64,000 bases of DNA. Origin: a virus. The notes beneath the pieces are model-generated. The model was not told the DNA's origin. It ran no database searches and saw only the letters and a list, made by a program, of their open reading frames with translations. Below, piece after piece: positions 38,356 through 48,358 of the stretch. Made by a program: the position numbers and the translations under genes. The stretch lies in the IMG/VR virus record IMGVR_UViG_3300026484_000110, one strand, 5' to 3'. Numbering within the stretch: position 1 is the first letter of the stretch; each line of letters begins with the position of its first letter.

Positions 38356-38526
38356 ATGAACAATATACCGTTAGATGTACTCATTACACTGGATGGTAGA
38401 TATAGCAAAAATGAATCTGTACAGATTCTAAAAAATATATTAATGGAAAAACTCAATTTGAGAGGTAAAGAAGCTAAAAAGTATGCAAAGATGTGGAAAA
38501 AAATGATGAAAGATTTAAAGGAGTAA
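38356..38526 (+). CDS. Small hypothetical protein (56 aa, below the track cutoff)
   Basis: SD AAGGAGG; MNNIPLDVLITLDGRY...MMKDLKE; fills the gap exactly. Confidence 0.65.
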   Translation: MNNIPLDVLITLDGRYSKNESVQILKNILMEKLNLRGKEAKKYAKMWKKMMKDLKE

Positions 38527-38529
38527 ACA

Positions 38530-38997
38530 ATGAAAAAATATAAATGTATTAAAGTAGTAGAAGCGGAACCAATGACGTATCATGATGCTGGAAGTTTAGG
38601 ATTGGTTAGAGATTATGAACCAGATGCAGAAAACCAACCCGGATTTAGAGTAAAGTATAGTGATAATTATGAAAGTTGGTCACCTTATGCTGCATTTGTT
38701 AATGGTTATAAAGAACTTAGTAATGAGAACATGACATTTAGCGAAGCTATAGAGGCATTAAAGCAAGGTAAAAAAGTAGCCAGAAAAGGTTGGAATGGGA
38801 AAGGTATGTGGTTAATATATGTACCAGGTAACGAAGTAGAAATAAGAGAAAATACACCTTACTGGAATGCTGGTTTAAGAGGTAAAATTAGAATTGATGG
38901 ACACATTGATATGTATACAGCACAGGGAACATTGCAACCTGGTTGGTTAGCTAGTCAGACAGACATGACAGCTGAAGATTGGATGATAGTAGAATAG
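38530..38997 (+). CDS. tad2: Tad2/DUF2829 anti-defence sponge fused to an N-terminal domain
   Basis: C-terminal MTFSEAIEALKQGKKVARKGWNGKGMW...GWLASQTDMTAEDW; N-terminal EAEPMT...GFRVKYSDNYESWSP. Confidence 0.8.
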   Translation: MKKYKCIKVVEAEPMTYHDAGSLGLVRDYEPDAENQPGFRVKYSDNYESWSPYAAFVNGYKELSNENMTFSEAIEALKQGKKVARKGWNGKGMWLIYVPGNEVEIRENTPYWNAGLRGKIRIDGHIDMYTAQGTLQPGWLASQTDMTAEDWMIVE

Positions 38998-39005
38998 AGA
39001 AAACC

Positions 39006-39035
39006 ACTAATAGGCAGGATGTTCTGCCTATTAGT
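39006..39035. terminator. Bidirectional hairpin terminator
   Basis: ACTAATAGGCAGGA-TG-TTCTGCCTATTAGT; contains the minus-strand TAA. Confidence 0.8.
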
Positions 39036-40035
39036 AATGGTTTACTTTAAAACCAGAATGTTCCATAGTTTTTATATAATCTATTAGTACTTCGTTACCA
39101 TAGGTAAAACTACCTGTTACTTCGGCTTTTATTTCAATTTTTGCATCGTTTGTTACAGATATGTTTTCTACTCTACCTATTTCTTTATGATTATTATATA
39201 AGATTATTTCGTTGTCCTTTATCAATGCTCCTGGCAATATTTCTTTTTTATCGTTTACAGGTATTTCAAAAATACCTAATGCTAAACCATTTTTTATTAC
39301 CATGCTATACACTTTAAATAATTTATTAGTAGATTTTACATTAGCTAGTCTTATAACGACATCATCCGCATTAAAGTTTAATACAAAACTACTATTTAAT
39401 ACATTCTTTAATTTAATTCTAGATTCGATATATTTATTTTTAATATTTACCTTATATAAAGACCAAATCATGCTGTTATGAAATCCTTGATCTTCACCAG
39501 TGCCTATTTTTAACCACCCTTCGACACCGTCATTTATTAAATCTATAAATTTATTACTAAAACTACCATTAATACCTTGTCCAAAATAAATCTTCCATTC
39601 ATCTGGATCTAGATAATCCACTAAAAAATCTTCTTTATAAACAGTATTATAAAACCATATATCTATAGGGTTATCATCTTTTTTAAATTCGTTTACTTGT
39701 ATTAGTTCATTCTTTTTGTTATATATTTTTTCTTTTACAAATTTATCCTTATCGTAAAATCTTACTATTTTACTTTTGTCAGGTTTTAATAAATACCAGG
39801 GTGATTCTCCATTGTCTGTATATAATTTCACTCTTGCAAATATATCTGTATCTTCTTCGATAAATTTACCATCCGGTAACTGCAAACTGTTGAACCATTC
39901 TGATAAATTTACTGTTACTATTTCATCTGTTATTATATTTTCAAATTTTTCATCTAACGCTACTTGATACCATGCTTTTTTGATATCAGTGAGTGTGTTA
40001 TAAATTAGATATTTATCTACATAAAATTTTGCCAT
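39031..40035 (-). CDS. Virion surface or tail accessory protein with a probable C-terminal lectin-like beta-sandwich
   Basis: N-terminal domain shared with 13773-15605; start moved to 40035 behind AAGGAG. Confidence 0.45.
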   Translation of the reverse strand: MAKFYVDKYLIYNTLTDIKKAWYQVALDEKFENIITDEIVTVNLSEWFNSLQLPDGKFIEEDTDIFARVKLYTDNGESPWYLLKPDKSKIVRFYDKDKFVKEKIYNKKNELIQVNEFKKDDNPIDIWFYNTVYKEDFLVDYLDPDEWKIYFGQGINGSFSNKFIDLINDGVEGWLKIGTGEDQGFHNSMIWSLYKVNIKNKYIESRIKLKNVLNSSFVLNFNADDVVIRLANVKSTNKLFKVYSMVIKNGLALGIFEIPVNDKKEILPGALIKDNEIILYNNHKEIGRVENISVTNDAKIEIKAEVTGSFTYGNEVLIDYIKTMEHSGFKVNHY

Positions 40036-40094
40036 AAGTTCTCCTTTAAACATACTTGTTCACTTGAAGAAATTACAATCATTAAGGAGAAAAG

Positions 40095-40610
40095 ATGTTT
40101 TATTTGGTAGCTAACGATAAAAAAGTACCTTTATTCGTGGATAAAAAGTTTAATAAAGAAATTTTGACAAGCATGTACTTACCTACTGCAAACTATAAAA
40201 GTGCAATAGATAACCTTACAAGAATATATGAGACTAATACAGATAACTCAATTATATTATCAGCAATAGCTGTTGCAATAACTGATTTTATCAAATTCAA
40301 ATTGGAAGAAGTAGATATCGATTTTGAAAAAGAGAGCTATATTCTAGGATTTAAGCAGGTTGTAAGGTATATCTTAGATACAATGGGTGTTATTTATCAA
40401 TCCGATTATAACGAAGTAGTTAATAAAGCCAATTTATTATTTAAAGCTAGATTTAGTTCGATAGTAGCTGAAGATACATATGGTCTTAAAGATCTATTAA
40501 CATTAAAAAATGATATTTTACCAGAAAATATGTATGGGGAAAAACTCAAATTGTTTAATAATGTAAACGATATTACTGGATTTATTTTACGTGGTATTAG
40601 AATTTCTTAA
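40095..40610 (+). CDS. Hypothetical protein
   Basis: SD AAGGAG. Confidence 0.7.
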   Translation: MFYLVANDKKVPLFVDKKFNKEILTSMYLPTANYKSAIDNLTRIYETNTDNSIILSAIAVAITDFIKFKLEEVDIDFEKESYILGFKQVVRYILDTMGVIYQSDYNEVVNKANLLFKARFSSIVAEDTYGLKDLLTLKNDILPENMYGEKLKLFNNVNDITGFILRGIRIS

Positions 40611-40644
40611 TAGATATCACTAGCTTATAAGCTAGTGATATCTA
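40611..40644. terminator. Perfect 34-nt palindrome between convergent genes
   Basis: TAGATATCACTAGCTTATAAGCTAGTGATATCTA; one arm encodes DITSL-stop. Confidence 0.85.
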
Positions 40645-43480
40645 ATTTAATATCTAATTCAGGTCTTAACGTACCGTCATTTGCTTGTGTTAAAATTTTA
40701 TTTATCACTATTTGACTACTATTAGTTGTATATTTTTTAATATCTACATCGCCGGCTGAATCTAGATTTGTAATTTTTACAGATACTATTGATTCTCCTA
40801 ATGTATTAGCAATTTCATTTGCTATTTCAGATACACGTTTATTATCTCTTAAACCTTGTTGTAGAATTTTACCTGCTACTGATTTAAAATTAATAATTAA
40901 TTCAGGAGTAACAGTTGTATCTACTACATATATTGTAATTACTGGCGTTACAAAATTAGGAGAAACATAAACTAGATTATTAACAGTTAATTTTACATCC
41001 TTTAAATTGTTTTTAGGTTTGTACTTAATGACAGTGTTTTCTAATAATCTGCTGTTTATGTATTCTAATTCATCTACAATTGATCTTGTTAATTCTGTGT
41101 ATAAATCAATTCTATAATTAATGTATTTATTATTGTTAGCTGCCCTATAAGGATATTCTAAAAATAAAATATCTACATAATGTTCTATTCCTAAGTCGAA
41201 ATCTATAATAGGATTACCATCTTCGTCTAGTATTACATCTCCCTTTTTATGGAGTATTATTGGATTACCGTCTTCGTCCAATACTGGATCTCCCTTTTTA
41301 TGTAACACGACTAATTTAATGTCGTCATTTATATCATCGCCGTCAGTGTCTACTTCTTCATATTTAGGAGTACCAGATTCATCTAGTTCATATATATCTT
41401 CTGCGTATGTTAAATAAATATCATTTTCATATTTTTTATATTTTCTATTTGTATAATTTACATCGTAGTTACTATATAGATATTTTAAATACTTACCAAA
41501 TTCTAATACAAGACTTTCTTGGTAGATAGCTGATTTTCCATCTATGTCTAATATTTTATTTTTCATATTTGTATCAGTATCATTTGGTATAGATTTTGTA
41601 GAATAAATTAACAGGTGTGCGTTATTTATTAAGTCTATTTTTCCCACGGATACTTTTGATAAAAAGTCTTTTATTAAGATTTTATTTTCATTATCTATGT
41701 ATCCTGTGGTAGAAATTTTAATTTTACCTATTAAACCTATATTATCACTATAGACATTACCGAAGAATGTAAAGTTTATATCTTTGTTATCTGTTAATAA
41801 AGTTAATTGTAATTTTATATTTTCTAAATCCATACTAAGAAAATTATCATCCGGATTTAGTCTAAAATATAAATAGTAGTCATCTTTTACTCTACTTAAT
41901 CTATAATCAGATAGAGTTACTAACATATCAATGGTATCGTTTAATTTTGTATCTTTGTTACCAAATACTCTAGGTGCATTTAAATCATATGCTCTAACTT
42001 TCAATTCGTCATCATAGTCAGTTATATATTTGTAAATATTGTAAAATAATTTTTTATTATTTAATAATTCCATTAAACTAATTGCATCTGTAGTATTTAA
42101 TAGATTATCTAATTCTGAATTGTTTAATGGAATAGGATTTCCATTTTCCAATTTAAAAATAGTAAATGGATTAATGATTACACTGTTATTAAAAGTTTTA
42201 ATTCTTTCACCATCGATTACGCCGGCATCTATTTTTAGAGTATCCATAAAAATATCCGCTAGTGAATCTACATCATTACCTAGATCACCTATTTTTTTAT
42301 TAGCTATGTAAATCCTATCTAGTATTGTATCTACTTTACCTACTAAATCATAACCTAATTGATTTAACTCTTCCATTATCTCATCTTCTGTAATTGGTAT
42401 TTCGTTATCACCAGTAGTATGGTAGATAATCTTATTTTTTAATTCTTCAAAACCTATTTCGTTTCTGCCACCATATGTAAAACCAAGACCTTTACAATAT
42501 ATCGCAGTATTCTGTAATGCTTTAATTCTATTATCGGTAGCATCTGTAAAATCTGGATACTGTATTTCAATGTCTTCAGGTTTATAGTCTTGTAAAGGTA
42601 ATATTAATTCACCTTTTGTAGTAAACATATCTATTATTATATCGTTTGCTACCATATTATCTAATATATAATTTAATGGTATCTCCACTAAAACTTTATT
42701 ATCTATAGGTTTTATAAATGCTGTAACTACGTTAGGATTGTAAACAAAATTACTATATGTTTTACGTAATGTAAACATATCGTTTAGATTCGGGGAATAT
42801 GCTTTAATATCTGTATAACAGTACTGATCATTAATTAGAATTTCTTTACTATATGGTTTACTAGACACTATGTTATCTAAAATTTTAGTATATAATAATT
42901 GCTGAATAGATACATCGAAGATAATCCATTCTACTAAATTACCATCTGTTATTATACCAGAATTTAAAATTAAGTCATTATCATGGCTGATACCTAAATC
43001 ATTACCTACTAATCTTACAAACGTTTTATTAGTATCATAAAGACGTATATCAATGTCGTTTAACAATGTAAAACTGACATCGTTTACTATTATTTTTGTA
43101 AATTTAGGCATTATTATTTCTATATAACTGCTACCTCTTATCCCATATGTTAATAATTCTTTTTTATTTATAAAGAATCTAAAATCACCAGTAGCTGGAG
43201 TAGCAAAAATATCTTGTAATTCATTATCTGCTAAATGGTGATAAAGATCTTCTTTGGTGGTAGCTAATTGAGGATACATTTTTTTAATATTATATGCCGA
43301 CTCCATAACTACTGCGCTACCTACTAACGCATTACTTTCTACTAAAAATACGAAAGGATTATTTGGATCAGGTATATTGATTTTACCTTTGGTATTTTCT
43401 TCTAAAATAGATAATACTTTACTTTGTATTGCTCCTGGGTTATAAAGCAATGGTCTTAAATCATCTAACATATTTGCCAT
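40625..43480 (-). CDS. Baseplate wedge-like structural protein (phiKZ gp87-like)
   Basis: NPGAIQ...PDPNNPFVFLVES and ATPATGDFRF...ELL motifs; 951 aa. Confidence 0.75.
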   Translation of the reverse strand: MANMLDDLRPLLYNPGAIQSKVLSILEENTKGKINIPDPNNPFVFLVESNALVGSAVVMESAYNIKKMYPQLATTKEDLYHHLADNELQDIFATPATGDFRFFINKKELLTYGIRGSSYIEIIMPKFTKIIVNDVSFTLLNDIDIRLYDTNKTFVRLVGNDLGISHDNDLILNSGIITDGNLVEWIIFDVSIQQLLYTKILDNIVSSKPYSKEILINDQYCYTDIKAYSPNLNDMFTLRKTYSNFVYNPNVVTAFIKPIDNKVLVEIPLNYILDNMVANDIIIDMFTTKGELILPLQDYKPEDIEIQYPDFTDATDNRIKALQNTAIYCKGLGFTYGGRNEIGFEELKNKIIYHTTGDNEIPITEDEIMEELNQLGYDLVGKVDTILDRIYIANKKIGDLGNDVDSLADIFMDTLKIDAGVIDGERIKTFNNSVIINPFTIFKLENGNPIPLNNSELDNLLNTTDAISLMELLNNKKLFYNIYKYITDYDDELKVRAYDLNAPRVFGNKDTKLNDTIDMLVTLSDYRLSRVKDDYYLYFRLNPDDNFLSMDLENIKLQLTLLTDNKDINFTFFGNVYSDNIGLIGKIKISTTGYIDNENKILIKDFLSKVSVGKIDLINNAHLLIYSTKSIPNDTDTNMKNKILDIDGKSAIYQESLVLEFGKYLKYLYSNYDVNYTNRKYKKYENDIYLTYAEDIYELDESGTPKYEEVDTDGDDINDDIKLVVLHKKGDPVLDEDGNPIILHKKGDVILDEDGNPIIDFDLGIEHYVDILFLEYPYRAANNNKYINYRIDLYTELTRSIVDELEYINSRLLENTVIKYKPKNNLKDVKLTVNNLVYVSPNFVTPVITIYVVDTTVTPELIINFKSVAGKILQQGLRDNKRVSEIANEIANTLGESIVSVKITNLDSAGDVDIKKYTTNSSQIVINKILTQANDGTLRPELDIKLDITSL
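41204..41305 (-). repeat. 2 x 51-nt coding repeat LHKKGDxxLDEDGNPII
   Basis: Direct duplication visible at both DNA and protein level. Confidence 0.85.
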
Positions 43481-43481
43481 T

Positions 43482-44573
43482 TTATACTCCTTTAATTTTT
43501 TCTTCTAATGTTTTATAAGTAGCACTAGATTTAGGTAATAACCACTTGAATCTATATGTTTTAGGATCTATATAAGGATAACCTCTAAAATTCACTATTT
43601 CCAATAATTCATACGGTATTTCAACCATCACGTCTTTATTTCCTGCTAGATATGATCTATAGGCTGGATTGAATATACCATGGACGGCATTAAATTCCCT
43701 TATTAAAATATCATCGTTATAATTGGCACCCATACATTTAAATCTGATATTTATTTCTTTTGTTTGGTCTGAATAAGGTCTATCATTACTAAAGTCAAAG
43801 AACTTACCTGTAGGTACATTTATTGGAAATGCAGCACCAGTAGCTGCTATTCTTTTTATATATTTTAATGTTGGGTCTAATACTACTCTATATATTCGAG
43901 TATTATAATCTATTTCGTTTTCTAATACAAAGTCCCAATATGGTGCTATCATTCCTTCAAATACTAATGAAGCATATTGTATCCAAGTTTGAAATAATAA
44001 CAATATTGGATCTGTCACTAAGTTTTTAAACGTAATATCTAAATCAAATACATCATTTACTTCATAAGTACCATCTATATATGAAACTTGTTCTCTCCTC
44101 AGACCAGAAGAACTTGTCCATTCTGGTACTACGATATCGGGCCAACCACTTACGTTTTGTATAGTATTAGTTAGGATAGGTATGAAAGGATTAAATTTGT
44201 CTACTAAAGGACAGTCTATTGTTTCACTACCATAATATTTATCTTCTAATTTACCATTTACATATAACTTAAATGGTAATCTAGGATCCAACATTACTCT
44301 CACGTATCTTTGTATAGTCATTGGGTCTTTAGTTAACAAAGGATAAAATTGCCTAATGTTTCTTAAATTAGTAGATCTTAAGTTTAGTTGTGGTCTAGTA
44401 AAAAAGGTAAATCCTTGATAATCTAAACTGGATTTTACAGGAGGTAAGAGTCTTGTATGCTTTAGACCATATAACATATTGCTTAAAGACTTATCCATAG
44501 CTCCTAAATTTGTATTTTCCAAAAAATCGTTTATATTGCCATCATAAATAGGTTTCATAGTTTTATCATTCAT
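43482..44573 (-). CDS. Virion structural protein (phiKZ gp88-like)
   Basis: GFTFFTRPQLNL, NVSGWPD and NEIDYNTRIYR motifs; start moved to 44573. Confidence 0.7.
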   Translation of the reverse strand: MNDKTMKPIYDGNINDFLENTNLGAMDKSLSNMLYGLKHTRLLPPVKSSLDYQGFTFFTRPQLNLRSTNLRNIRQFYPLLTKDPMTIQRYVRVMLDPRLPFKLYVNGKLEDKYYGSETIDCPLVDKFNPFIPILTNTIQNVSGWPDIVVPEWTSSSGLRREQVSYIDGTYEVNDVFDLDITFKNLVTDPILLLFQTWIQYASLVFEGMIAPYWDFVLENEIDYNTRIYRVVLDPTLKYIKRIAATGAAFPINVPTGKFFDFSNDRPYSDQTKEINIRFKCMGANYNDDILIREFNAVHGIFNPAYRSYLAGNKDVMVEIPYELLEIVNFRGYPYIDPKTYRFKWLLPKSSATYKTLEEKIKGV

Positions 44574-44657
44574 GCCTTTTCCTTTAATCATATATCGCAT
44601 TTTCAAGAAATCCAGGAATCGTTTGAATTGAATATCTATTATATTAAGGAGAAAATA

Positions 44658-45752
44658 ATGTTGAGTATTAATTCAGTGCTTACTGTTTTACAAAATCTTT
44701 CTGAAAAAATAACTTTGGATAATACTAGTTTACCAGTCACCGTTAGCAATGATGTTGTTACATTTATGGAGGATTATGTTATTACGCCAAATGTAGTTTT
44801 GAGTAACAATTTGAAATACATGGACGAAAAAAATTTAAGAAGCTTAATAAAGGCAGAGTTGGCTGTATTTGGTTCAATTGTAGCTGAATCAATTAGAGTA
44901 ATGGCAGACGTTTATAATTTAAGTCCTAGGGTAATTATTGAAAAAATAAGAGACGTGAGAAGTGCCAGTGTAACTAGTGCTGCTAATAATTTATTTTCTG
45001 GTAATGAAGAAACTGATTTTATTACGAATATGTTTGACATTGAAGGTCTAGTATCCACTGGTTTTGAAGCTAAAGACAATGAAAAGAAAAAACAAACTGT
45101 TATTGATAAAAAAGACGTAATGAAAGATACAGGAATATTTGTTAGTAAATATGAGGTTAAGATAGAAACTAAAATAGGTGATACTACCAAGTTAGTAGTA
45201 ATACCTTTATTTATACAAGCTAATATTATATTCACAGATACCAAAGCGTTATTGGATGGAGTAGTTGAAAAAGATGTAGGATTTTTTGCTAGATTAGACG
45301 AATGGAGAGCAGGAGCTATCAGTTTAGCAGAATTTTTATTTGCCACAGATTTAGTAAAAGAGTATAAAAAGAATAGAATCAAAAATCAATCAGATATAGT
45401 CAAGATTTTGACAGAGAAAAAATCAAATAACATGTTAAAATTATTAAGCGGTAGAGGCAGAAGTTTTTCTGAATATTATAACATATTTAATTTTGACATT
45501 AATGAAAAATCAATGATAGACAATATTATAAAAGGTGACGTAATTAAAAGTAGTAAATACAAAGATAATTTATTAGAGGCATTGAGAGCATTTAGCGTAT
45601 CGTTTGTAGATAATAACAAAGAAAGAATATTTTATTTAACAAAGTTAAGTAAAATACCATCAGTAATTACGTTTAAGATGTTAGGTAAAGAAAAAGATAC
45701 AGATGCAAATGAAATATTTAAAAATCTATTATCTGGTAGACCACCATTTTAA
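44658..45752 (+). CDS. Head/virion protein (phiKZ gp89-like)
   Basis: RLDEWRAGAISL.EFLFATDLVKEY motif; GFE processing site; start moved to 44658. Confidence 0.7.
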   Translation: MLSINSVLTVLQNLSEKITLDNTSLPVTVSNDVVTFMEDYVITPNVVLSNNLKYMDEKNLRSLIKAELAVFGSIVAESIRVMADVYNLSPRVIIEKIRDVRSASVTSAANNLFSGNEETDFITNMFDIEGLVSTGFEAKDNEKKKQTVIDKKDVMKDTGIFVSKYEVKIETKIGDTTKLVVIPLFIQANIIFTDTKALLDGVVEKDVGFFARLDEWRAGAISLAEFLFATDLVKEYKKNRIKNQSDIVKILTEKKSNNMLKLLSGRGRSFSEYYNIFNFDINEKSMIDNIIKGDVIKSSKYKDNLLEALRAFSVSFVDNNKERIFYLTKLSKIPSVITFKMLGKEKDTDANEIFKNLLSGRPPF

Positions 45753-45766
45753 AAAAGGAGAAAGTT

Positions 45767-46681
45767 ATGCTATCAAATTTATTTAAGAAAACTTATAGTA
45801 AAGATAATCTTGTAAAAGCTTTAGAACATGCAGAAGATTGGTTAAACAATGTTACAATACTCGAATTATCTAAATTAATCAAGTTGTTGTCCGGATTACC
45901 TAAAAAAGAAAGAACAGAAATAATTAAACATGTTTATTTTAGGGATTTAGGTTATAAGGATGATATTGAATTACTTACAGACATTAAAAAGTTAATTATG
46001 AAAATATCTGATGTTATTCCAGAACTAGAGACTAAAATAGTAAATGATTTACCAGAATCAATACCTTTGGAAACTAATGATCCAAATATTAATACAGCGC
46101 TTACGATGGTATCAATGTCAACTTTCTTTGCTTACTATATACCTGATTTTATTACATGGGCAGTGGATGGTTTATATTTGAAAGAGGCATTTACAGAAGA
46201 CCAAGTTAAACTCTATAATAAAGTAGTTGAAAGTATGCCTACATTAGTTTATTTTCTAGATTATGTAAAAGCCGATTTAAACGAAATAGTATCTAATATT
46301 GGGAATTTACCTACACCAAAATCTAAATCAGGATTCATGGCTAGTTTAATTGCCAAATTTATGAAAAATGAATTAAATGTAAATAATAATTTTACATTAG
46401 GTTTAACGACAGGTTTACTTTCATGGTCAGCAGGAGATTTAAAAACTAATTTTAAATATAATCCTATATATCATATTAGAAAATTTTTAGTGGATGTAGA
46501 ATTAAACAAATTAGAATCTTTAAAAGATAAAAAGAGATTGTTAGAATTAAAACTATTGGAACTAAAGAATAAATTAAAGGATAATCCTAATGATGAAAAA
46601 CTTAAAAAACAAATTGAGTATTATGAAAAGAAACTAGCCAAAACAGAAGAAAAAATAGAAGCTATTATGGATGTAGAATAA
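45767..46681 (+). CDS. Head/virion protein (phiKZ gp90-like)
   Basis: FKYNPIYHIRK followed by a C-terminal coiled coil; syntenic with the gp89-like gene. Confidence 0.7.
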   Translation: MLSNLFKKTYSKDNLVKALEHAEDWLNNVTILELSKLIKLLSGLPKKERTEIIKHVYFRDLGYKDDIELLTDIKKLIMKISDVIPELETKIVNDLPESIPLETNDPNINTALTMVSMSTFFAYYIPDFITWAVDGLYLKEAFTEDQVKLYNKVVESMPTLVYFLDYVKADLNEIVSNIGNLPTPKSKSGFMASLIAKFMKNELNVNNNFTLGLTTGLLSWSAGDLKTNFKYNPIYHIRKFLVDVELNKLESLKDKKRLLELKLLELKNKLKDNPNDEKLKKQIEYYEKKLAKTEEKIEAIMDVE

Positions 46682-46707
46682 TCGTGGATAGGTTTTCCTA
46701 TCTGCGA
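46682..46707 (+). terminator. Hairpin terminator
   Basis: TCGTGGATAGG-TTTT-CCTATCTGCGA with 2 G-U pairs. Confidence 0.6.
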
Positions 46708-46745
46708 GATTTCTTTGAATTTCTGTATAATTAAGGAGAATAATA

Positions 46746-48317
46746 ATGGATAGAATAAATAAATATGAAGGTTTTGAGGTTGAAACAACTAATAATGAGT
46801 CTAGTAAAGAAGAATCGTATATCGATTATATAGACGCTGTAGAAGATTTAAAACAAAACTTAGTTAAAGCTAGTAAAGTCTCTACTGCTAGTAGTGTTAT
46901 AAATAATACCACACAGACTGATGATTTGTATGTAGCTACTGAGTATGTTAAAATCAATTTACAAATGTTGGGAATAAATATAAATACAGTTGATCCAGGT
47001 TTCGAGGGAGTGTTAGATACCAGTATAAATGCTATCAAAAACTTTTTTAAAACAATTATAAATACAATAGGTGAATTATTAAAAGCTATTTATAAATTTC
47101 TAGACAAATTGATAAATACTATTATATCATGGTTTAAAAAAGATAAAAAGACTGTTAAAGAAGAAGTAGAAGAAAGTTATGAAAAAGCTAAAAAGAAAGC
47201 TGAAAAAGAACATAAAAATATCGATGAAGAATTAGATAGAATTGTAGAAAATGATGAAGATTATGATTTATTAGATAGAATAAAAAATGAGACATTGATG
47301 AGAATGCCTATGGTCTTATATATGGCAGGACATATCGATTCTTATAATGTTATAGACGTAATGAGAGCTTTATTAGAAGTATTTTATAAATTAGAAAATT
47401 TACAGATACCTGAAGCATTAGATATGATATTCCCTATGGATACACATATGTTTATATTTAAAAATAAAATTATGGAAAATATTAATACAGTTGTATTGTC
47501 TAAAGATTATGAAGTACTAGCTAATGAAGTAGATGTTATTAAAAAACTATATAGAGATGATTTAAAAGAGCTACATAAATTACCATTACTATTTGATGTA
47601 AAATATGATAGTGATTATTTAATAAAAGTTTATAAAGACATTTTAACGTATGAAGATATAAAAGATACTGACAATAATAAAATAATTATTACATCTATTG
47701 GACCTAATGAGATTTCATATTTAAGATTAACAATAAAACCTGATTTTGAGAAATGTTATAAAGACATGATGGAAATATTAAAACGTTCTACTAAAGCTGA
47801 TGAAAGAGCGTTTGATGAATTATTAGAGGTGTTTAACAGTATTTATAAAACTTATCTAAATATTAGTATTATGCCTGGTAGGTTAACAAAAGATATAGTA
47901 GAATCTTTAGGATATAAATTTAAAGATATGTTGGATGAATCCGACATAGTTACTAGAGGACAATTAGAGAAAGTAATAAAAGCATTAGCTACATATGACG
48001 CTGTTACTGAAAAATTTAAAATAGGTATATATAGAGAAAAAGAATTAAAAAACAAAATAAATAAGTTTATGAGAAGTTTTAAAACTATGAATGAAGTGAT
48101 GAAACAATTTTTAAATAATAGCGATAATCCAGACATGAAACGATTAGGTAAAGTTTGGTTTAAATATAGTGAACTCATCTTACATACATTACAAATGATG
48201 AGTAATACTGTGCACAGTATTAGTAAATACTATAGGGACTTTATCTTTAACAAGAAAGGTATGTCTTTATTTATAAGAATATTATCTGATTATTATACAA
48301 AAATGCCAGTTAGGTAA
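46746..48317 (+). CDS. Internal head (ejection) protein paralog 1
   Basis: GFE sites, NLQMLGI motif and a following amphipathic helix. Confidence 0.7.
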   Translation: MDRINKYEGFEVETTNNESSKEESYIDYIDAVEDLKQNLVKASKVSTASSVINNTTQTDDLYVATEYVKINLQMLGININTVDPGFEGVLDTSINAIKNFFKTIINTIGELLKAIYKFLDKLINTIISWFKKDKKTVKEEVEESYEKAKKKAEKEHKNIDEELDRIVENDEDYDLLDRIKNETLMRMPMVLYMAGHIDSYNVIDVMRALLEVFYKLENLQIPEALDMIFPMDTHMFIFKNKIMENINTVVLSKDYEVLANEVDVIKKLYRDDLKELHKLPLLFDVKYDSDYLIKVYKDILTYEDIKDTDNNKIIITSIGPNEISYLRLTIKPDFEKCYKDMMEILKRSTKADERAFDELLEVFNSIYKTYLNISIMPGRLTKDIVESLGYKFKDMLDESDIVTRGQLEKVIKALATYDAVTEKFKIGIYREKELKNKINKFMRSFKTMNEVMKQFLNNSDNPDMKRLGKVWFKYSELILHTLQMMSNTVHSISKYYRDFIFNKKGMSLFIRILSDYYTKMPVR

Positions 48318-48358
48318 CTTTGTATTGAAAAAATAAATCAAAATTGAAGGAGATTTTA

